Assembly (NCBI GenBank): GCA_951406725.2
Contig: OX597826.1
Span: 37,386,001-37,450,000, forward strand
DNA length: 64,000 nt
From: Octopus vulgaris
Taxonomy: Eukaryota
Direction: 5' to 3'
The position numbers and the translations under genes are program-made. The notes beneath the pieces were generated by a model. That model had not been told where the DNA came from. It saw only the letters and a program-made list of their open reading frames with translations, and did no database searches. Shown piece by piece: positions 53,599-64,000 of the stretch. Each line of letters opens with the position of its first letter. Position 1 is the stretch's first letter.

Positions 53599-53647
<49 letters not shown>

Positions 53648-54494
53648 CATAAATATGTGTGTGTGTATGTGTGTAAATAGATTCTATACATACATTGTAC
53701 ACATTCCTCCACTGGCATTGTGCATTTCATACTTTTATGCTTATTCAAATGTGTGTATTTCCTTGATTCCTGTTGATTTTTGTTTTTCTCCTTCATATCT
53801 CATTTGTTACTTATTTTATTTGTGTTATATATATGTACGTGCCTGTGTTTCTGTGTATTTGTCTGAGTATGTCTATAAGTGTATACAGCTTTCATATACT
53901 TATACATATTTATAGAGGAAATATTTCAATGTGTAAGCATAGTGTTTTCGTTCGTGTGAACATAATTTGTGTCCCTAGATAAGACAGTGGGTTAGAATGA
54001 AAAAAGCCACTAATACAAGACGAAACTCACAAAACAAGTTAATCAAGTTTAGACAGAGATTTTTAATGATTATATTAAATATGTCCTGCTGATATTTATT
54101 AGCTTTAGGTGAAATTAAACTATGTCTCAATTTCAACTTAATGTGTTCTTTTGAAAATATCTTTCAGACTGTTTAACAAATGTCCATTGTATAATGTCTT
54201 TTATCAGTACAAGAAGTAACTTTCTCGCGAGAGGAAGAGCGAAAACAAGTCTACGACTTTGATGAATGATAAAACTTCGTATCGTATTTGGACATTTTCA
54301 TTTGTTAAGTTTGCTTTTGGTAGTTTGTAGAGTTTGTTTTTATACCATTTTGTTAAAATTTTTATAAAGATTGACGCAACTAAATATGATTTGAGAGCAT
54401 TTTTCCTTTTTATTAGTCTTTCACTATTTCTCCTCCTTCTTCTCCTCCTCTACCTTTTTTGCTCTTGCTTTTGTATTTTTCTCATTTTCTTCGT

Positions 54495-54720
54495 GTTGTG
54501 GATTGGCAGAGAAAGTTGAGTGCGAAGAACTAAACGCCTTGAGGTATTTATTTGCAATCCTTTAAGTTCTGTGTTCAAGTCCAGCCGAGACCAATTTGCT
54601 ATCGATAATCCCGTTGTCCGCTGTGAACAGCGTTATGATATTTATGTTATGACAATAGTCTTCATTTCAATGAATGGGCTTCCATATAATTTGAGTAAGG
54701 GAATGGTTTATCCCTAGAGA
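54495..54720 (+). mobile_element. Heavily decayed Deu/Nin-type SINE
   Basis: TGGCAGA..GGTATTT..GTTCTGTGTTCAAGTCCAGCCGAG resembles the head of 33407. Confidence 0.5.
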
Positions 54721-55019
54721 TTTGAAATACGTTTTAAAGATCTTTAGCAAATGGCCATTTGGCATCTTTTAAATTTTACAAGATGCCAACCTAAAAAATG
54801 GCAGTAAGATGTACTAAAACTACGTTTGTGGAAGCAATAAACTAAGGAAAGTCCAAACCATCTATTATTGAAAAGAAAAACAAAATTTAATACCAAAACA
54901 AAACTTGCCAAAAACATCAATTTCAAATCATAAACACCAACGACAACCACAAGAACAGCATCGCTCCAATGTTTATCCCTGCTCTTTTGACATAAATGAG
55001 TGTTTCGACTAGCACCGGC

Positions 55020-55800
55020 TCAGAGAAAGAGAAAAGAACTGACCAATATGCTGCACAAACGGCAGGGCAGCCTTTTCCGATTAAAGGTTAATTGGCAGAT
55101 GTCATACAAGTAACTTTTTAATTTCCTAAAAGAAAGAATATTTGGACCAATCCTGTCAGGTGAGTGGAAAATATGTGCTTCATTGACGTGTGTATATCCA
55201 GTTTGATTGAGGAGGAGACCAGTAATGTTGTCCTTTGACAGCAGGGCTGAGAAGGTCAATTGGGCACACAAGTGATAGGAAGAGTCATTTAAAGACGTTG
55301 CTCATGGAAGAGGAAGGAATGCAATTAGAGCGAGGGCGACAGATAGTGAAAAAGGCAGCAGCCGTAAGTGCAGCATCCCGTAGAGGAGAAGATAATGTGT
55401 AATCTACCTGTCGTGTCCTCCCAGTTGCAGATCAACCAAAAGCCAGAGTGGAATCAAATAAACCATCTCCTTAATAGCGTCACCAGCATCATTGATCAAC
55501 GAATACGGAAACAAATTATTGATTCATAACAGAAGCGACAATTTAGAAGAGCTGAAGATTGTATATGGGTTGGAAATTGTCCGGATGAGAAAAACAAAAT
55601 AACAGTCAAAAAGCGTCACCAGGATATTGAAATAAGGGACTTGGAGAAGGAAAGTTCCTCCTTGGATCACTTAAGATTCTCAACTGTTCAAACTACCAAA
55701 AATAGGATGATGGCTCAACCAAATGGCTTGACTGAAGAGGAATGAGATGAAGATGGTGATCAGACAATAAAACCATCTCAGGAAACTTGTCATTTTGTCC
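55020..55800 (-). pseudogene. Decayed LINE ORF2 (APE end, linker, RT start), RTE-like
   Basis: Minus-strand order SDHH (~55752-55763), FSALL, SPDRIGPNIL (PGPDGI-like, ~55140-55165), with spacing expected for non-LTR ORF2. Confidence 0.45.
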
Positions 55801-56108
55801 ATCACAGAAGATACTCACCGATACATTCGGAAGTACCGAATTCCATGACAGGGTTGGTGACAAGCCACCAGAGTCTATCGCGGTTGTTGCTTGTCACCCA
55901 TTTTTAGGTGAAATATCCATCGTTCTACTTTTGTGTCTTATATTCCATACTATTAACCCTTCTTTCAAAACTGGTTTATGATTTGGTGCTTCGCCATCTT
56001 GTATATATAAGTGTGTGCGTGTAGTGAGAGAGAGAGAGACGGAGAAAGAGGGACGGAGAGAGAGTGAGATAGTTTGATACATACATACACAAACACACAC
56101 ACACACAG

Positions 56109-56186
<78 letters not shown>

Positions 56187-56202
56187 ATATATATATATAT
56201 AC

Positions 56203-56385
56203 ACGTCAGTAAAAAGCACCCACTACACTCTCGGAGAGGTGAGTGTTAAGAAGGGCATCCAGCTGTAGAAAGATTGCCAGGTCAGATTAGAGCCTGGTGG
56301 TGTCTCCTGTCTTGCCAGTCATCAGTAAAACCGCACAACCCATGCCAGCATGGAAACCGGACGTTTTATGATGATGATGATGACA
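56203..56385 (+). mobile_element. 3' part of a SINE with RTE-type tail ending in (GAT)n
   Basis: GAAGGGCATCCAGCTGTAGAAA..CAACCCATGCCAGCATGGAAACCGGACGTT + ATGATGATG. Confidence 0.75.
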
Positions 56386-56684
56386 AGGAGGAGGAGGATA
56401 TATACCTATATACATACGTACGTACATATATGTGTATGTATGTGCGTGTGTGTACTTATAAGAGCTTACGCATTTGTGCGTATATGTGTGAGCGTGTAAT
56501 CGCTCCACCGACACCCAACGCCGCTGCATGTTCTCGCTTTAGAAACCCGTCTCGCATTAGGCATTTTTGCGTTCTGTGTACGAAACCTTGTCGCAAATGA
56601 AGGAGTATTAATTTTAAGATTTATTTTGATTTTTGGTATCGTCCTCAATATGATCTCCTCCACTTTTATCATCATTAACACCAG

Positions 56685-56709
56685 TGGCAGCAGCAGCAGC
56701 AGCAGTAAC

Positions 56710-56783
<74 letters not shown>

Positions 56784-56802
56784 CAGCAGCAGTAGTAGCA
56801 GC

Positions 56803-56850
<48 letters not shown>

Positions 56851-57130
56851 TGTAGTAGCAGCAGTAGCAGCAGCAGCAGTAGTAGTAGTAGTAGTAGTAG
56901 TAGTAGCAGCAGTAGCAGCAGCAGTAGTAACAGCAGTAGTAGCAGTAGTGGTGGTGGTGATGGTTGTAATAGTAGTAGTAGTAGTTGTTGTTGTTGTTGT
57001 TGTAGTAATAGTAGTAGTAGTAGTAGTAGTAACAGCAGTAGTAGCAGTAGTGGTGGTGGTGATGGTTGTAGTAGTAGTAGTAGTAGTAGTTGTAATAGTT
57101 GTTGTAGTAGTAGTAGTTATTGTGGTTGTT
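56685..57130. repeat. (TAG)n/(CAG)n compound microsatellite
   Basis: Direct reading; source of the 232-aa poly-Ser and 215-aa poly-Val pseudo-ORFs. Confidence 0.95.
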
Positions 57131-59528
57131 ATATTTTGTCATGTCAAAGTGTTGCTTACTTTTCTAATTCAACTTCATTATTTGAGAATATTTTGTTTAA
57201 ATGTTACAAAAGAGATATTTCAGAAACAAAACTTCCTGAAAGAGAAAAAATTCCGCTCAAGCCAATATTTTCGTCATTTTTACCTTATCTTTTTTTCTCT
57301 CTTTTTCCGTATATTTTCTTATGAAACATAATACTAAATAGCTGGAAATATTTTTATAGCTTTTTCCATTCAATCTGTAGAATAGTTTAAAGTTGAAATT
57401 CTCAAAGCAATATGTGTCGTGCCAGGTTTAAAGCTAACTAGGTTGTGTATCTTTCAGTGCTACCTCTTCTTCCAAAACTATTTTCACCAATTTTACTTTA
57501 ATCGTAGCTCATGTGCTATATAAATACACGCAGAGCGCAAATAAAGATCTCTCTTGCGTCCTCTTGTTGTGCAGTAATTTTCATGTTAATTTTATAAAAC
57601 ACATGAAAAATAAATTGTTGTTTATACAATTTAACATGATGTAAGTTTTATATAACGAAATGGTTTTTGCTCAGTTTTCAATCCTTATGTTTTAAATTCA
57701 AATTCCATCGAACTGTTTCGTCCTTTGACAGTCGAAAATTCCTAACATAAAGACCAGAAATATAGATTCAGTTGCATGAACGATTACTTCCTCTAAATAT
57801 TTTTCGCAATGCTTCCATTGTTACTGGCGACTCCTCGGAGTACAACCTGGCGTACATCTTTCTACTTGCAATGAAACACTTTGACATGAAAGGAACAGAC
57901 ATCGCCATTCGAGAAAAGACTACCTCTTTTTGGTTGTTACTTTCAAAAGCTCGGGGTGCAATGTGAGGGTGGGGGGTTTAATTGATATTTATATTTCGTT
58001 TCATTTCTTTTTTGTTGCAGTGTGTTACCTTTTTGACAATAATTACAATGTCATTAGTTTAGGGAATGAACCTGACTTTACATAAGTCAAACCTTTGAAG
58101 TAATAATGCGTGGCCTGCTAATTAAGAGAAACGTTTGTAGTTTGTGGTTGACAAATTAGAAATATAAATTACTCAAATAAATCATTCATACAACTGAATT
58201 CAAAACTCGCCTCGTACTTAGGTTATAAATTCTAGATAGTTGAAGGAAGACGAAGCCCAGTGTAATTCGAACTGGACTATTTTCCCTCGCGGAACCATAA
58301 ATTAAACATACTAATGAAATTCATAAACCTTTCCGATCGATAATGTTATCATGGGATTATGATTTCTTCGTTTATTAAATTGACTTTAAGAGTAGAAACT
58401 ATGATAGCTAAAAATAATTCCCCAATATTTTACTTATCTTCTATTCGCCTCTGTGTTTCATTGCAAAATAATTGACCATCATACACGCACTCAGTACATT
58501 CAAAAGATAGATCATAATCAGGATGTGTTCCTTCTTATATCACTGGTTCGTAATCGAGTCTGTATATATTTACAGTAGCTGACGACTGTTATAAATATTA
58601 TTTAATGCATAAACGATTGGAACTTCATTCAAATGTAAAAGTGCATAATAAGAAGAATAGGCTGATAACAGATACATTCAAATGATTTAAGAGGCTTATA
58701 TACACCCATTCAGATAAGCCTTTGGACGCACGTTCACGCGCTCACGTATTGCAGTTATAAGCCCTATTGTCTCTAATCTCCATTTCCTTTTATTTACCAG
58801 GAATCAAGTACTGTTATTCCTTTAAGTACCTTACTATAAATCATGAAATGTGTTGAAATAGTATTCTAAGGAATTATATTTCTGAATGGTTGAATACCTT
58901 GAATCCTTCACCATTTAAAAATTTATTTTACTATTTTTGTTTATGAAAACGTCACTTTTGTTTTTGTCTATCCAACCATTATACGCACATCTCTCTGCGC
59001 CCCATACATACACACTTACTCACTACCCACATATCCACGACTATATTCACCGCTCGCAATACGTACCTATATACAACCACATACACACAAGTTATGCAGA
59101 AAGATTAAATAATCTTTTCTTTTATTAATAATAACTTTTCTTAATTTATCTTCTTTTTTTTTTGCCTTTTAAGATGTATTTACTGAAATTTCAAGGAAAG
59201 AAACTAAAAATAATTTTAACTGGTGGATACAAAATAGAATTATAAAAACAATAACATTTTTATCAAAATCATGAAGCAAATAATAATGATACCAGCTATT
59301 TTTACTCTTTTTACACAGAAATAGTAATTTCTGAAGATATTTCCTTTAAATCTACTGATAGGTTTCACCTTCAGCAATAAATATCTTAAAGTTAAATATT
59401 CGACCAGAGTCATTGCTCCAGGGTACATTATAGTAAAGGGGGAAAAAACACAAAAATAGGACGAGATTGACAAAGTTGAAATGATTTTCATCAAAGTTCT
59501 GTTCAATCAGGGCCGTCTAAGGGATGAC

Positions 59529-59589
59529 CAACAACAACAACAGCAACAACAATAACTAAAAGTACTACTACTACTAATAATAATAATAA

Positions 59590-59685
<96 letters not shown>

Positions 59686-59686
59686 C

Positions 59687-59730
<44 letters not shown>

Positions 59731-59731
59731 T
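59529..59731. repeat. (AAC)n-(AAT)n-(TAG)n-(AAT)n compound microsatellite
   Basis: Direct reading. Confidence 0.95.
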
Positions 59732-60114
59732 ACTCTTCTGCTACGACTATCTGCAAGTTATTTTCGTTCGAACTGCATCAAATCAATATGAAGAAGATTT
59801 TCAGTGCAAAAGTAAGTTGCGATTGGAATGCGATGAGATGTAGAGAGTTTGCAAACCACTTGCTCTACAGTGCAGAAAAGAGGTTGAGCACGATAAGGAT
59901 CTGGAATTAGAAGAGGTGTGAACCGTAAAAGCGCTACGAGTACCTGGAGTAGTAATAACTGGGACACAAATAATGCTTCATCCATTCCACCCGGAGACGG
60001 TGTCTGACTACCGGAATATCCGAAACGCCCAATGAATTATACCCCAAACCCCCATCCTAAGAAAAGTCACAGATGTCCTGATGATGTTCCTTTGTTACAT
60101 CACGTATATAACTA

Positions 60115-60590
60115 AAGTGGATGTGTGGTAAGAATATTTCTAACTGCAACATTCCGAGTTCAGTCCCACTATGTAGCACCTTGAGCAAATGTCTTCTGCT
60201 ATAGCCTCGGACCGAGCAAAGCCTTGTGAGTGGATTTGATAAGCAGAAACTGAAAGAAGCCCGGCGTATGTAAAAATACATATCTGTATGTGTGTATGTA
60301 TAAATTCATATATGTATGTGTGTATGTATAACTACATACCTGTATGTGTGTATGTATAAATATATGTGTAAATGTAAAATCTATATATGTGTAAATGCAT
60401 ACATATATAAATACATATAAATACATGTATGTGTTTGTCTGTGTGCGTTTACGTTCCCATAACTTAACGGTTCGGCACAAGAGTCCGATAGAATAAGTGT
60501 CAGGGTTAAAAAATGAATGTCCTGGGCTCGATTTATGCGACTAAAACTTCTTCAAGGCAGTGCTCCAGCATTACCACTGTCTAATGACTT
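60115..60590 (+). mobile_element. Near full-length tRNA-derived SINE with internal TATG/TG expansion
   Basis: GTGTGGTAAG, GAGTTCAGTCCC, CCTTGAGCAAATGTCTTCTGCTATAGCC..GCCTTGTGAGTGGATTTG, tail CAAGGCAGTGCTCCAGCAT. Confidence 0.85.
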
Positions 60591-63500
60591 GTAATCTCTA
60601 ACACAGGAGAATAGTTGTAAAACAGCTTTAGAAAATCGAAAAATATACCCCTACAAGTAGAAACAAGTAGCCACAGAAGCGAACTCCGTACTTCTGAAAT
60701 TCTGAGGTCTTTGTACCATTGAGCTAAATGGTCAGCTATAAAACCAGTGGCACAACAGAGTTTGAGACGACCAGTAATCAGCGGCACTTTAGGTTGATTC
60801 ATTCTCCTAGAAGGAAGTTCTAACGAGAACTCGGTGCCTTTCACTTCCAGTGTTTCTCATGGTAATTAACCCATGCCTGTGACATAACCAGGTGCTATTA
60901 CTTCGGGTTTCAATGGATCCTGGTGTATCCGTCAAAACCCCGGGTCTTATGCACAAGAGCGTTATATAATAATTGTTTTAAAATAACTTCACCTCTTCGT
61001 TTATATTGTCCAGTGATTCAACTTTTGTAGAAATTTTAGTATTCGTAAATTCACAGTTGACCAAAACATTAACCCTTTTCTCGCTACAATTAAAGAACAA
61101 ATTACCGTTGTCAATGTTAGAAATAGCAGCTGAATTTTTATTAAATCACACAACCCTATCTCAAATAAAGAACTGTCAGATAAACTGAACAAGAGAATAG
61201 TTATGTGGTCTCTCGACCTACAAGAAATTGTTGCTATATCTCCCTCATATAACAATTTAGGGAATGGAAAATTGGATATCGTAGTTCCGGGTCCCTTAAA
61301 CATTGAAAAATGGCTGAAATACGTTTGATCAATGGACAGCTTGATAGTCGATCCTGACTGACCTAGGGTTAAACAACAACAGTGAGAAGTAAGACAACAT
61401 GTCTTATATAAATTATGTTGTCTTACATACATTATGACAGTCTCACAAGTGTATGTTGATCACACGTTCATAAATACGTACACACAGGCAAAGATACATA
61501 CAGACAAATTTTCACATATAGACACAGACAGGCACACATACATTTATAGATGTATATACGATTGTTTTCCATATATAAGACTAAGCTTTATATAGGGAAG
61601 TAGTATCCTCTATGAATTTATTCAGCTATCGTGTTAATGAACTTATTTTGTAATAACAACAGACAAATGGGGAAAAAAACTTCAGTACATGTTCAATTTG
61701 AATACAAACTTGGAAATGGCGAAACTGAACAGTGTAACACATATATGATAAACAGCCTTCCTCGTTTCTCTCCCTTCATATAACGAATAGTTTTAAGCAT
61801 TAAAAAAATGTGCATCACATAAAGACTAATGAGGAACGCCAGGTAGTTTTATTCAAAGACAGTAATGGTAATATTAAAATAATGATTTATAGATTTATAG
61901 ATAACCACTTAGTAAGAACGTCTGTCACATATCAGATTTTATGCTACATATGTGAAATATTTCAGCAATTTTTCTTCATGTTACAGACAATAGGTGATAT
62001 TTGTACGATTTTATATTCCAACTCCACTACAACAAGATATATTGCAGATAAGTATTTCTGTTATGATCAGCTTTCTGTCTACACTTTAATATATGTGAGT
62101 TCAACGAATTAAAGAGCACATTTGAGTGCCTTGGAGAGACGGCATATTTCAGTCGGTATTGCCGATATCATGTTAAGAAAACACGTATATTCCCATAATA
62201 ATATAAATTCTCATCTTAAAAGTAATATGAAATCTCTTTGTGATTCCCTCACTATCTATTTATCTATCTATCTGTCTTTCTATTTCTCTCTCTAGCTCTA
62301 CTTTGTACATATGTCTACAGATATAGCTAGCCGTCTATGTCAAACACATATGAAGAGGGTGGCTCACATTTGTACGAACATTAATGAATGTCAGATATCG
62401 AGAATATTTGATATATATTTATACGCTTACATACACTAGCCAACACATATGCTTCTCTCTCTCTCTCTCTTACTCTCTCTCTCTCTTACTCTCTCTCTCT
62501 CCCGCTCTCTCTTTTTTCTCTCTCTCTTTCTGTTATGTGTGTGTATGTGTTAGTGTGCGTATATGTATATATATATGATTGTGTGTATGATTATATGTAT
62601 GTATGTATGCATGTATGTATGTATGTATACATATACAGATAAACGTAAAATGGCGAGAGAGAGATAACAAGAGTGATATATTGTACAAGATGTCCACGAA
62701 GACAAAGATTGTTATAAGTCAAACATAATTTTTATCTCAGCTAATTTCCTTGTTCAATTTAAAGTAACATAAAATAAAATAAACATTAAACTGAAACCAA
62801 TCGGCCGTTCACTAACCTAACAAACAACCATTTCTGAAGAAAATTTCTAAATTTGTAATTTTCAGACGTCTTATGCCATTAGAAAGTTCTCATAAGTAAT
62901 ATATTCCTTAAATAACTTCACACTTGAACAAGACTAATAATTGCAAAGGAAATGAGCCAAAACGAAAATTTGCTTAGCAAAATTCTTACATTAGGCCAAA
63001 TATCACACATTACTTTCAAGTAAATAATGGTATTTCGATATTTTGTGGTTGAATTAAAAGATTCTAAAATACCTGATAAAATATATGTTAACAAATTAAA
63101 CCCATGAAACGAATGTAATAAGTTTTAAAATAGTACGAATAAAGTATGCTGCCTTTCATGGAGTGGTTGTGTTTAATGCAGTTCTTAGGGGGAAAGGGTG
63201 GAAGGCATTATATCAAATGGTCCTTTGATCATATTGCAACGGTTGATGTTGAACGTCAGTACATGTGGACCAACTTTTACAGAAAATATTTAATCATAGA
63301 AGTGACTAGTTTTAGCATTTGAACGTGTTAAAGAGAATGAACTTCTACAAAAAGCATGAACGGATCAAATAGTCATGAGAAACTTAGGGGTGTGGTAGAA
63401 TATCTTTTAACGCTGTTTTTCAAACATTTTAATCATCATATTATAGAAAGACGGCTTACTTGTGACAAACTGTGGGTGCTACTAATATCTTGGCCTAGAA

Positions 63501-64000
63501 ATTGGAGCAGAAATAAGGCTACTGAAATATATTTGCAAATCAAAAGGAATTTTTCTAGGCTACCTTATAAAAATCTACTTGAGATGCACACATAAAACTA
63601 CCAAGACCTTTAATATTATTAAAACGGAACAACAACTGTGAATGCGATTTATACCCGTAGAACCAATCGTATTTTAAGTAATGCACAGAACGTGATTTTT
63701 TACTGCTAAATCAAAAATTTAAGGATCTCTGAGAGTTGTTGGCTGGAGAAGTTATGCTCAAACCAGAATCCCGGCCAAAAGATCTAGTGACAGAGTAAAA
63801 TCTGCTAAGACACAAAAGGACCAAAATGGTGTTAATATTAGTAATAACTAGTTACATGATTTTTAAATATACTGTATATCGGCTCTGCAAATATCAGATA
63901 ACAACATGCCAGAAAAAAATATTTAATATGCATTCCTTCCAAGAAATACATATTAAATATTTTTAAGCCATCAACACAATATTTTTTTTTTTACATAAAA

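Noticed and set aside
57772-58040. 64-aa ORF with a possible 58-nt GT-AG intron (57963-58020)
   Set aside because: No recognisable homology and a stop within five codons after splicing; needs RNA-seq

Overview
AT-rich, microsatellite-dense animal genomic DNA in which I found no host protein-coding exon, rRNA, tRNA or CRISPR array. The SINE families and (TA)n/(TATG)n load look like an octopod cephalopod genome (inference). Nearly all listed ORFs are translations of simple repeats. The recognisable content is mobile DNA: about a dozen tRNA-derived SINEs (two with perfect target-site duplications), decayed LINE fragments (CR1-like, RTE-like), the 3' end of a Tc1 transposon and a decayed Penelope-like reverse transcriptase (19.5-20.3 kb). 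The most notable signal is a set of short non-coding elements from several unrelated families, mostly lodged in (TA)n or (TG)n tracts. Each carries a type I hammerhead ribozyme motif (CUGANGA...GAAA...UH) with a short, usually palindromic helix III. Cores are intact at 14988, 23410, 24179 and 53540 (-), and variant or decayed at 13637, 13854, 15511, 16430, 16647, 16871 and 51918. Several show tandem or interlocked inverted architecture typical of Penelope pseudo-LTRs and retrozymes. One near-identical copy (14501-15379) preserves an end-to-start junction implying a ~563-nt tandem or circular monomer. All folds were read by eye and no database searches were run.
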